DNA of 64,000 nt from Centruroides vittatus (taxonomy: Eukaryota), in NCBI RefSeq assembly GCF_030686945.1, contig NW_027122708.1, forward strand, positions 5,802,248 to 5,866,247, read 5' to 3'. Both the position numbers and the translations under genes were made by a program. The stretch's first letter is position 1, and every line of letters starts with the position of its first letter. Positions 1-10,196 of this stretch are shown here, in pieces. Below the pieces are notes generated by a model. That model had not been told where the DNA came from. It made no database searches and worked only from the letters and a program-made list of their open reading frames with translations.

Positions 1-196
1 GTATACAATGGGACTAATTATTCCAGCAAAATTACGGTAACTCATGCAAAAACTCAGCATGTTTGTTGTTTTATGATGCATGTTAAATCCTAATTTTCTG
101 TAATCTATCTGTCTACATCACTTGAGTTCACAAATTGCCATTGCAAGATAGATTAAAAATTTAATATTAAAAAAAGTTAAATTAATTTAAAATTAC

Positions 197-436
197 CTTT
201 CAAATATCTTATCTCTAAAATAGAAAAAAGATCGTTCTGTGGCAGCAGAGGGATCAGCTAAAGCTGCACAATAAATTTCTAATTCAGTTAATGATGCGCC
301 AGGAGGATATTCCTGTACCCAATCAAATTCTGGATTATTTGAAACATTATATTCTGCAATTTGTCCATATCTTTCACCAAGGATACCAAGAAAATATTCA
401 CATCTTGCCACTTCTGATAAACATATTTCCAAAGAT
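197..436 (-). CDS. DUF4062-domain protein, second exon; the gene continues past the window start
   Basis: The translation reads SLEICLSEVARCEYFLGILGERYGQIAEYNVSNNPEFDWVQEYPPGASLTELEIYCAALADPSAATERSFFYFRDKIFER, which carries the DUF4062/NWD1 motifs (RC.PYF.GLLGERYG ... S.FYFR). The exon ends with a strong donor GAAAG|GTAATT at plus 195-196. A possible next exon starts at an acceptor near plus 97, with an ORF open to position 1, but that is speculative. Confidence 0.6.
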
Positions 437-512
437 CTGATAAAAAGTTAGTTTTTATAAAATTATAGTTATTCAGTAAAAAGATATTACATCAGATATT
501 ATATTAACCTAC
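437..512 (-). other. 76-nt spliceosomal intron (GT..AG) of the DUF4062 gene
   Basis: On the minus strand the donor is GTAGGTTAAT, a CTAAC branch-like motif follows, and the acceptor is TTTTTATCAG|ATCTTTGG. Splicing restores the reading frame ...ESNNS-K-SLEICLSE... Confidence 0.55.
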
Positions 513-689
513 TTGCTATTATTTGATTCTGCTTCTGTTATCCCCCATCTAAGATCAACTTCTTGAATATTAACATTAAGTGTTTTAGCACGTGCTCTTA
601 ATTCGGGAATTATAAAGCGCACAATCAAATCTCTTTCTCCATGCATATCTTTAAAAGTAGATGAAATAAATATTCGAACAGTCTTCCAT
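513..689 (-). CDS. DUF4062-domain protein (NWD1-like N-terminal domain), upstream exon in window; phase-1 start, phase-2 end
   Basis: The translation reads (W)KTVRIFISSTFKDMHGERDLIVRFIIPELRARAKTLNVNIQEVDLRWGITEAESNNS, which matches the DUF4062 consensus (vFISSTF.DM..ERD...PEL...VDLRWGI). On the minus strand there is an acceptor TTATTTGTTATGTAG|ATGGAAG at 690-691 and a donor CAA|GTAGGT at 511-512. No in-frame ATG is present, so the start codon lies in a further upstream exon that I could not locate. Confidence 0.6.
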
Positions 690-1140
690 CTACATAACAA
701 ATAAATTTGTTATATACATAAGTAATACCAAAGATTAGACTAATTCAAATATATAAATATATTAAAACAACAAAATGTCTTCATTTTCCATTACTCACAA
801 CACCGGTGACAGTCCAAAACAATTTTCACTTATGGAGATGACCTTTTATTTGAGGCTGTGCCAAATTTCTGTCACTTAAAAAACACCTCATCCCAAGAAT
901 AGAAAAATAGCCAAGACTTGGCAATCCTAATTTTAATCCACATGATTTCATAAAAACAGACTAATTTACACAAATTTTACAAAACTATGAAGATACCTGA
1001 AACAGTAGCTTCATACTTTTGTGAAAACTGTGTAGATATTTAATTAAATCTACAGTTTATAAAAAAAAATTTTAATGCATAAGTGAAAACAGAAATGAAA
1101 TATTACAAATGCTAAATTTTACTTGTTATACAGTGGAGCC

Positions 1141-1931
1141 TCGCTTAATGAGCATAATTTGTTTTAGATTCGTACTTGTTAAGCAAAACAATTTTTCCCA
1201 TAGAAATTAATGTAAAATACAATAATGCATTCCATGCCGAAAAAAATTCTCAAATGTTTTATGTATAATGTTTATTCAAAGAAAAGTGTACAATGTGCAT
1301 TGTTAAGGAGCATGAATCATCATCATCTTTTCTTCTAGCGCTGAATGAACCAACCTGGATTTGCAGAAAACAAAAAAAAATATGTTTGATAAACACTCCA
1401 AACGATATGCCAAATTCTTGGGCCATGTAAAGTCTATAATTAAATATTAGAAATTAATTTGACTAGAGGTAGGCAGTTACGCTTCCATCTCGTATTAAAT
1501 TTAATAATTATAAATAGTTAACTTTTAATTCAGACATTTCTAAAATTTAATTTGGAATTGGTCATTAAATTTAATACGAGATGGCAGCATAACTGCTTAC
1601 CTCTAGTTAAATTAATTTCTATTATTTAATTATAGCCTTTACATGGCCCAAGAATTTGACATATCGTTTGGAGTGTTTATTATATAACAGGCTACGGTTG
1701 TTGACGTTTATAAGTAATATGTGTGAACACAAGTTTGGAAAAATGTGTGATCACGAGCGACACTAAGATGCTAGCGGAATGAGTGCTAAACACAGACTGA
1801 CAGAGCATGCGCACAATTCAGGACTTCTCTCATTGTCACTTGTTATGCAAAACACCACTCGTTGAGCGAGGTAATTTTTTACAATTTGTTTTGCTCATTA
1901 TGCAAGGTGCTTGTTAAGCAAGGTTCCACTG
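1141..1931. mobile_element. Non-autonomous Tc1/mariner-type element (about 790 bp) with about 20-bp TIRs and TA target-site duplication
   Basis: The left end reads TA|CAGTGGAGCCTCGCTTAA and the right end TTAAGCAAGGTTCCACTG|TA, matching at 17 of 20 positions. The CAGTG terminus and the flanking TA on both sides are typical of Tc1-like elements. A foldback element is nested inside it. Confidence 0.5.
1390..1680. repeat. Foldback/hairpin MITE (about 290 bp) with arms of about 115-125 bp and a loop of about 60 bp
   Basis: The stretch 1390-1505 is the reverse complement of 1566-1680 with very few mismatches, for example ATAAACACTCCAAACGATATGCCAAATTCTTGGGCCATGTAAAG paired with CTTTACATGGCCCAAGAATTTGACATATCGTTTGGAGTGTTTAT. 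Confidence 0.75.
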
Positions 1932-2639
1932 TATTTAATATTCTGCTCGAAGTGCCAAGGAAAGCTTTAATTAAGAAAAACTTGACTTTATCAAAAATTC
2001 CAGATAGGAGGGATGATCTAAAAATATGGTTTATTCTTATTTTCTTGTTCTCGTTTATGGGTCCCAACTGTAGCCATAATTCAGTGGATGGCCCATTGTG
2101 GTTTTAAATCCTGTAAAAGACTGCACAGTCATTGAACTAGACAAGGCACAAAGATGTCAACCTGCTTGGAGAGCTGGATGTGTGAGGAGCTGGTGTGTTA
2201 TTCATTTTATGTGGGCAAAAGTGTGTCACTGCCCACTAGCAGCCAAGTGGATAAGACCACTAAACACTGGTAGTTGGTCATGGGTTCATGTCTCACCAAC
2301 AGGCTGGCCACATGGATTTTTTTCCAGGTTTTCTTGACATTTGTAACACCTAAATAGGGGCAAGTTTTCCTTAGAAAATGCTCCTGGGAAGCATCCCCCC
2401 TCAGCAGATTGTCTGTGTGCACAGATGTCCCCCTCAGCAGATTGTCCGAAAATCCATCATGAATTAGTTGGTGTATATGGGGAAACAGTAATGAATTGCA
2501 ATAATGTGGGAAATGGTGCTTACTGTTTGCAGAGAGAAGAGAAAAAAATTGGTGATGCAGAATGCACTGGTGACAAAACACAACTTTGCCATTTTATCAA
2601 ATCCAAGCATGCGTTGATCACTGAGAGTGCACAAACCTA

Positions 2640-3400
2640 CTCTTGAGGATGAAATTCAGGGCTACAGAATCTGCTGGAAAGTGATGACAACCATCTTTTG
2701 GAACTAGAAAGGTGTCATAGATTTCATACTAGTTGACTTCATGTCACATGGGACCCAATCACTAATACCAGTATCCAAGGCCGGCTGGTGGGTGCGGTGA
2801 ATGGGGCAACTACACAAGGCCCACGATCCTGCATGATCAAACTCTTGCAAAATTTAAAAATTGATCATTTCATTATTCGCTAAGTTAAATAACTTTTGCT
2901 AATCTATTTAACGGATGGTATGTCTACCATTAAAATATTATTTTGTTGTTCAAAATTGCTATTTTTTTATTAAAAGGTCTAGCATGATAACCTTGCACAG
3001 AGCCCTGCTATTTCTTGGTCTGACCCTGCCAGCACCTATGATGAAACAATGCAGTGTCTAAGAAGAGCAATTTGGAAAAACAAGTCCTGACCTCTCACAA
3101 AGGAGTCATTCTGCTGCATAACAATGCAACTTCTCATATTGGCATGATGTCTTAGTGGGTTTTGGGTGGGATGTGCTCCAACATCCAGCATACAGTCTAG
3201 ACCTTGCTCAAAGCGATTACCTCCTCTTTGCTCCTCACAAATCATGAAGATATGCAAGATGAAGTAAGGACATGGCTTCAACAACAGGACCCAATTTCTA
3301 TAAGATAAGCATGATAAACCTCATGAAGTGCTGGGTTAAATGCCTGAACCGGATGAGAAACTATGTTGAGTACTGTTAAAAGGGAAATGGGTAGGATATC
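2640..3400 (+). pseudogene. mariner-like transposase remnant (C-terminal two-thirds, multiple stops and frameshifts)
   Basis: The translations contain KVMTTIFW..KGVIDFILVDF, then SHSAA.QCNFSYWHDVLVGFGWDVLQHPAYSLDLAQSDYLLFAPHKS, then ...KWVGYLIYFF. These correspond to the mariner motifs VILLHDNARPH ... LGWEVLPHPPYSPDLAPSDYHLF ... RW..VI..NG.Y. Confidence 0.6.
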
Positions 3401-4106
3401 TTATATATTTTTTTTATATAATACTAGCTGACCCGGCCACGCATTGTTGTGACTCAAAATGTATCTATTATAAATGTATAACACTTCCCCCGCAAGGGGA
3501 ATTTCAAAAAATCCCTTCTTAGGGACATTCTCTTGACATACCCTATTAAAATGCAAAAAACCGCATCTAAAATAGTATAATAGAAGCCAAGTTCTTCACA
3601 GTAAGCCTTAATCCTGTCCATCTCCCCCCAATGGGGGAATTTCGACATGCATATTAAATAAAAACACGTGCGTATTCAAATGCAACATTGTGTCAAAATT
3701 TCAAAGGAATCAGTAGGAACAAACAAACGTTATATTTTATTTATATAGATAGATAGAAAATGATCTGCTTTAGTCCATTCTCTCAGAAAAGCATAATGCC
3801 TCACAGAAAAGCAAACTTAGGTCGTTGAAAGTTAGCGCCATCTGTTGGACATAAAAGCCTTAATCTATATATAAATATATTTTTGAAAGGGGGAAATGGT
3901 GGTCTTCACATATGCCAGAAACCTTCGCGGGAGTGTATTAAACAACTTTCCGAAGTTTCATGGCAATCGAATAAATGGTGTGGTAATGCATGAAGGACAA
4001 ACACACACAGACAGACAGACACATACTGTACATTCGTTTTTATATATATATAGATAATGTACAGTATGCATCATTTAAAAAAAAAAAAAAAAAAAAATTG
4101 TATTAT
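3400..4106 (+). repeat. Possible retroposon 3' end: (CAGA)n and (TA)n microsatellites followed by a 30-nt poly(A) tract (4077-4106)
   Basis: A run of 30 A residues is preceded by acacacacagacagacagac and then (ta)n. Upstream there are duplicated motifs CCCCCGCAAGGGGAATTTC and CCCCCCAATGGGGGAATTTC. I did not recognise a SINE head. Confidence 0.3.
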
Positions 4107-4249
4107 TTCTTTCTTTCTCTTCTATTGGCAGTGAAAATGTTTTTCCATTAATTTTTCTGGAATTGAATTGTTTACGATGATAAAAATAATACATAAATTA
4201 TATAAAAATATGTTAAATAACACACAAACATATGCACACACAAATGTAA

Positions 4250-4720
4250 AGTTCATTTTTTGTGATGAAGATCCTGTCTTTTCTGAAATTCTTGTTTTTT
4301 GCAATAAAGTCGTATAGTTTCATTTCTCGCTTTCTTTTTCTTTCCTGAAGCAAATTTCAGTAGCAAGATGATCACATCCAAAACTCCTTGTTTTGCATTT
4401 ACATGCCTTTCAAAATCTGGATCATTCGCTACAATTTGATCAATGATATTTGTTATTGTTACCAAACTTTTACTAAAGAAATCTGTAGAGAAATTCTTTG
4501 GGTTCTTCATTTTCAGAATCTCTATTTTCTAGTTCTACATGAATTCCTTGCTCTGCCAGTTCTTATCATCATCATTGGTAAGGCTCACCAGAAACCTGCA
4601 GTAACTCCTCAACATCCTGCTCGTCTACATCTCCTAGACCTGCTGATTGATTAGGTTGACAATTTGGTCAACTTAATGATACAGCGATAGGCTCTTCTCG
4701 TTGAGACTTCCAGCCATAAC
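4250..4720 (-). mobile_element. Tigger/pogo-family DDE transposase C-terminal fragment
   Basis: The minus-strand translation reads ...DVDEQDVEELLQVSGEPYQ.. and then FFSKSLVTITNIIDQIVANDPDFERHVNAKQGVLDVI...RLYCKKQEFQKRQDL. This parallels the Tigger-like fragment at 27960-28700 (FLKKSLATITEIMDQFIQNDFNFDRSSKARRSVIDAM...RKRQTTL). Confidence 0.5.
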
Positions 4721-6489
4721 TTCTTCCACACTCCATTCATGAATTTATCAGTTAATTCTTGCCAAGCAAAGTCAATATTTCCTATAGCATCTATTATGTT
4801 TTATTTTTTCCAAAATTGCACAAAACAAACATAGATTTAAGAGAAGTACAGTGCTACAACGAATTGCCACCTTTTGCTCATAGGTTCATGTTCATAAATA
4901 ATTGTATTATATATGAATCAATGAAATGCCACGATAATTTGAATCGGCATAAATTTTATGCTTTTTTTTTAAGCTTCGAGCAAACGGTGTTATATCGAAT
5001 CAGCGTTAAGTGGGGTCTTACCGTATTTTGAGTTTATAGGTTTATACTGTATTTATTTTCATGACAATCAAAACAATAGTTGTAATTTATTACATTTTTA
5101 TTGATATAAAATGTAGGTGTTTTTTAATCAGTGGAATTAGTTTTCTAAGGATGTCATCAAAAATTAACACTAAAAATAGTTCTATTGTAAATAAGAAAGT
5201 TGTGCCTCACTTCAAATTTAATTCATTCCAGGAGGCTGTTCAAAGTCAGAATCAATTTTTTTCCATTAGAAATATTAGAAAGTGAAGTAATCCATTCCCA
5301 GATCCTAAACAATACCCATTTTGATAAATTAAAACAGCAAATACACATAATTTAAGGTAAAAAATAACATGATTAAATACCCTAACAATAAATATTCATA
5401 ACAAAATGAAAATTCCATTTAATAGTTGCACACTGTCAACTTTGATATCTTAAATAAGGCTTCCAGAAAGCACCACACATACAGCTTTGATGTTTTGTGA
5501 TAAATTCTTTTTTCATTTCAGTCACTGATATTCTAACCTTCTTAGGCTTCATTGCTTCCACACATTTCTTGGATGCCATAGTTACTGAATAAAGGTTATA
5601 TTGGATTGAACAAAGTTTTTGAGTATTTTTAACAGCTATTGTTACTTAATATAATTGCAGTAATTAAATCACAGCTGTTTTAACACATTATTGCTAATCT
5701 GAAATTGTATTCTTTGTTTAGAAGTTTAAAACAAACTTTTTACTTCACACTTTGTTTGAAGAAAATTAAGTTGAAATGTCTTCAAATAAAAAGCATATCA
5801 GGCATATTAAGCTATACGAGTTTTGTAAAGAATATAACAACACTGTACAAACAGTAAAAAAAAATTTTAACATGTGGAGATGATGCTCCTAAACTTCAAA
5901 TATGTCAAATGTGGTTTAAAAAGGTCTGTTCAGAAAATTTTAAACTAAGGGATAAAAACATATGGGGTGCCCAAAAGCTGTCAACAAAGAAAAATTGCAA
6001 GAATTGTTACAAATCAGCAAATAATGCAATATACATGTGGTGCCTGTCCCCCATGCTAATATGACTTGGTTGAGTCTGATGTCGTGCACAGGCATCCCGC
6101 ACAGACGGGAAAAAAAATGAACCATTTCCGGGAAAGATGAGTTAGAAAAAGAAGCAGCAACGACATAGCACGAATGACATGTCCACTCCAAGATGATTAA
6201 TATCTGTTTAATAATTAGTATCAAGATGATTTGTTTAGTGTTCTTTGTTTTGTAATGTTTTCTGTATCGTATTATAATATACGTCATTATATGTCATAAG
6301 CTCTTAGTATTCTTTCTTAAACTGCATTCTGCATATACTTCTTAACATCCAGCCCAGCCATCTATAGACACCACATATATATATATATTGTGGCCGTGCA
6401 CCTTATTTTGTATATTGTAGTATATATTATTCTTAGTATTTATTCCATTTTCTTCCTCTTCATTAGTTCTTTTGTCTACCTTTTCCTAG

Positions 6490-6900
6490 AAACTTCTGTC
6501 TTCCCTAACCCTTCCCTGTTCAAATGGTGGTGACTTAATTAAAAGACAAAGAAAAGGTGGTAGCCTGAGGGCTAAGTGGAGGACAAGAAGTCACTTTTTG
6601 ACTGGGACGTTGGAGATAGGATGTATTGTGAAGACCTCCAGGTTGTTCTGGCATTGACTGGAGGACAAAGGAGACGATAAACCTAAGCTAGCGTTCGAGA
6701 GGAATCCGAAATATATCCCGATATAGGAACCTCGAGAAGCTTATTGAGAGGATCGGAGAGACGTCCACAATCAACAACGCAGAAAGTTAATAATCTAGCA
6801 TTCGCCACCATCACCCCAAGATCGTCAACACTTTGGGTACCCATTCTTTTCTATCATCATATATCCAACTATCCTATTGTCTATCTTTTCTTCTCTCTCT
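6490..6900 (+). repeat. Interspersed repeat module (family X); diverged copies at 51960-52417 and 53290-53400
   Basis: The module aligns to 51990-52400 at roughly 70% identity, for example ...AGGAGACGATAAACCTAAGCTAGCGTTCGAGAGGAATCC... against ...GGGAGACGATAGGCCTAAGTTAGAATCCGAGAGGATCC..., and both end in TTTGGGTACCCAT. Confidence 0.5.
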
Positions 6901-7854
6901 TTTTTTATTTGTATAAGTAGTTTTAAGTATTTAGTCTTAGTTCCTTATTTTTGTAACACGGTGAATATTCCTTTTTTGCGAGGTTGCTTAACGATTCTAC
7001 CCAAGTATCTGCAGGAATTATATGTAAAAAGGTTAATAGTGAAAGAACGAGGAGTGTCAAAATTGTAAAAGAATCCTGTAAAGTAAATAAACACGGGTGA
7101 CACATTTATATGTGTTATATTCTCTTGTTGAATAACTCACCACATGCAATATATATATATATATATATAACTAAACACACCAAAAATAAAGCAAAAAAAT
7201 AAAGCACTGAAAACATGAGCATAACATAAGAATGAGAGACTACTTGGGCACACAACAGATTGTGTTTATGCTTCGAGTGTATTTTTCCTTGCATGTGCAT
7301 TTGAACTTTGAAGCATTGTTCAAACACCGAGGTGAATTTTTATCAAATTTAGCATTTAAACTCTGAAGCATTTGAAGTTAATTGTTCGAAGTTTGAGGTA
7401 CTACTGTGTTAAAGATGCACAACATACCAATACCAGCACACTCGAAATTAAATATTTACTAACGTTTTCATATGTTTATAACAGACAATTTCAGGCATAT
7501 AATGAAAAACAAAATAGCCACATTAAAATTGAACACATTTTCACGAATGATTTAAAAGTTCAAATTAAAATCGCTTCTGAAATAAAGTGCATCTACAGTT
7601 TAAAATTACTTTTGAATAACTTACAAAATGCGTTAAATACATAATTTTTACGGGAAATAAATTAAAAATATTTTAATATAATAATTCAATTCAATTCTTT
7701 ATTCTATGAACCTTAGTTCATTACAAGGGGGTTAAAGTATTACATAAAAACTGAAGTTAGCACAATTTAACATTTTAAAAATTCGTGGGAAGACAGTTAT
7801 AGGTCACAAAAGACTGAAGTCTTCAGTGAATACAGCAGAGGATGAATCCTGGGA

Positions 7855-8337
7855 TTACAATGCTATCATTAGTTTTTCAATGTCAATAGAATTTAGCACC
7901 ATAATGACTTCCTTTTGTAAATGATTGTTGTTGCGACATTCCTGTATGACCACTGCTGTTTCTAACCAATCTGACACTATTTGCATAAAATCTTGTAAAA
8001 ATGCTACAAGATCTGCTGCTGAAGGACTGTCTACACCTGGATTAAAAAAAATCAAACTGGTAGCTTTTCCTAAATTTCCAACTCTCCCTGTTCTACCAAT
8101 TCAGTGAACGTATTTTTGGATTGTTTTGGCAAGATCGCAGTTTATTACATGGCGGACATCTTTGATATGTAAACCTCTAGCTGCAACAGCCATGGCTACT
8201 AAGATCAACATTCTTCCTGTTCGGAAATTCATCACAGCTTCCTCTCGCTCACATTGTAAACGATCCATATATACTTGTAGAATAATTATTCTGAGACATA
8301 AAAAGATGCTATAAAATCTGCTGTTCTCTACCTGCAC
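7855..8337 (-). pseudogene. DEAD-box RNA helicase (DDX3/PL10/Vasa-like) C-terminal fragment with in-frame TGA
   Basis: The contiguous translation reads ..[103 protein letters not shown]. It carries the DEAD-box motifs V and VI (ARGLDI, HRIGRTGR) and a DDX3-like tail. The invariant Arg of HRIGRTGR is a TGA codon (TAC GTT CAC TGA ATT GGT), consistent with a CGA to TGA change. Confidence 0.7.
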
Positions 8338-8649
8338 TTAAATCAAACAACACAAACTTTTTAAGATGCAGTCTTTTTAAACTCAGGAAAAATCGAATAT
8401 TACGATTTATAACGAACAAACATAACCTAGAATGCTTTTTGGCATTCTATCCTATCAATCATCTTTATTAAAATACTAAAGTTAGGTAGTCAAATGCCAA
8501 CATGTTCGTGAGATCCAAATTTAAATCAAATTTTAATACTACATAAACTGTAACAAACAAAATTTTATTATACTTTCTCAGAGCAACTGTATACTTGTCG
8601 ACAGACGGACAAGGCAACGAACTTCCATGCGTTTTTTTTTACAAGTGTT

Positions 8650-9768
8650 GGCGCACAAACCATGTGGAGATCAGTACCTTGGCAACTGTGTCCGCTGTCT
8701 GGTCTGGTAATGGCATTGCCTCCACCCACCTTGAAAATCGGTCAATTGCGGTAAGTAGGTACCTCGATCCTTCCGAGAGTGGTAATGGACAGACTATGTC
8801 GATGTTGATGTGCTCAAGTCGTGAATTTGGGATGAGGAACTTCAACAGAGGTGCATGTGTATGGCGATGGATTTTCAACTTTTGGCAAGCTAAGCATGTT
8901 TGTGACCATGCCTGGCAGTCTTTTTTTTTTTTATATTAGGCCAAATGTATCTCTGAGTGATCAGTTTGGAAGTAGTACGAGCTCCTGGGTGCGAGAAGCT
9001 GTGAATGGCTGAAAACACTTCCTGTCAAAAACGTGGAGGTATGTCCGGTCTACAGTAACCAGTAGAGGCGTCACAGAACAGGGACTTTGTTGAATTTGGA
9101 AGGGGTAAATTTACTATTTTACAATTTGGGTTATTTTGCAATTCTAACAGTTAATCATCCTGTTGTGCATCTGCGATGGCTTCGTAGTTTATGGATGGTG
9201 TGCCGATGGTGTTTATGCGAGACAGTCTGCTACGACGTTGTCCCTGTGGATATATGGTGTAAGTCGGTCGAAAACTGTGACACATAGTCCAATTGTCAGA
9301 GTTGACAAGGTGACGCTTTGGCCAAATCTTGGAGGACAGCAAAGGTGAGGGGTTTATGTAGATAATAAATGGCCTCCCCTCCACCAGGTGTCAAAAATGC
9401 TTGATGGCGGAATAGATGGCTAGGAGCTCCCGGTTGTATGTGCTGTATTTCATTTGAGGCTTGGTGAGAGTTCTGAAGAAAAAACACAGGGTTGTTTAAC
9501 GCCATCGAGTTCTTCATGTAAGACAACTCCCATCGCAACATCTGACACACCCATGGTTAAGGAAAGTTTAGCCTCTGGTGCTGGAGTGGGCGAGCAGAGC
9601 AGCTCTGCTTAAGGCTTCTTTCATGTTGTTGAAGGCTCAGTTTGCTTCTTCAGACCAGACAAGAGGCTTGGTGATGCTTTTGGTATGACTGATTAACATG
9701 GCGTTAAGAGAAACCTGAAATGTAGCACATCCAGGGATGAACCTGTGGTAAAAGTTAATCATTCCAAG
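8650..9768 (-). mobile_element. LTR-retrotransposon pol remnant (Ty3/gypsy- or BEL/Pao-like): RT connection, RNase H and truncated integrase
   Basis: Reading the minus strand gives [17 protein letters not shown]...[19 protein letters not shown] (the FLG.vnYYRrFIp...W.ee...AF..lK motif). RNase H follows as VSDVAMGVVLHEELDGVKQPCVFFFRTLTKPQMKYSTYNRELLAIYSAIKHF. Integrase follows as [87 protein letters not shown]. The region contains stop codons. Confidence 0.7.
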
Positions 9769-10177
9769 GTCAATTAGTAAATTTTGTGCTTTCAAATCAT
9801 GATGAAGAATTCGACGTTGATGGCAATATACTATGGCTTGTAAAATCTGATGCACATCACTCTTGACAAGCATCTTATCCATATACTGCCCAGTAGGAAT
9901 ACTGTCCAAATATTTTTTTAGGTCCATTGATAAATATTGAAAAACCAAATGCAGCTGATTTTCTTGCATAAGTACATGCTGTAAATGAATAATATTGCTA
10001 TGATTCAGTTCTTTCAACAGTGAAATTTCTCTTATGCCTGTAGATGGAACACCGCCACCTTCAATTTTCAATCTTATTTCCTTTAATGCAACTAATTGTC
10101 CAGTTCTGTTTTTTCATTTGTATACCACTCCATATGTTCCTTCTCCAATATTCTCTACTTTTATATAATCATTCATT
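9769..10177 (-). pseudogene. CDK1 (cdc2)-like kinase N-terminal fragment, intronless, in-frame TGA, fused in frame to pol
   Basis: The translation reads [135 protein letters not shown]. It carries the glycine loop, a PSTAIRE-like helix, and the HRDLKPQNLLID motif of CDK1/2. There are no introns across about 136 codons. A TGA sits where Gly21 is expected. The frame then runs directly into the pol remnant ([16 protein letters not shown]). Confidence 0.75.
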
Positions 10178-10196
10178 TCATATCTCTAATTCTTGG

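Noticed and set aside
2098-2581. ORFs 2098-2337 (plus strand) and 2207-2581 (minus strand) as the N-terminal part of the mariner transposase or a separate gene
   Set aside because: No HTH or transposase motifs are recognisable. The region contains a local tandem duplication (CCCCTCAGCAGATTGTC twice), and mutually antisense ORFs of similar length. It is more likely a degenerate spacer.
7855-10177. An alternative genetic code reading TGA as sense, since two otherwise intact ORFs (DDX fragment, CDK1 fragment) each contain a single in-frame TGA
   Set aside because: Other ORFs in the window (transposases, the LRR gene, the DUF4062 exons) terminate at TGA, TAA or TAG normally. The DDX stop replaces a CGA-type Arg, a classic CpG-deamination change. 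The CDK1 stop is shared by two copies, consistent with an inherited pseudogene lesion. Metazoan nuclear genomes with these TE families use the standard code.
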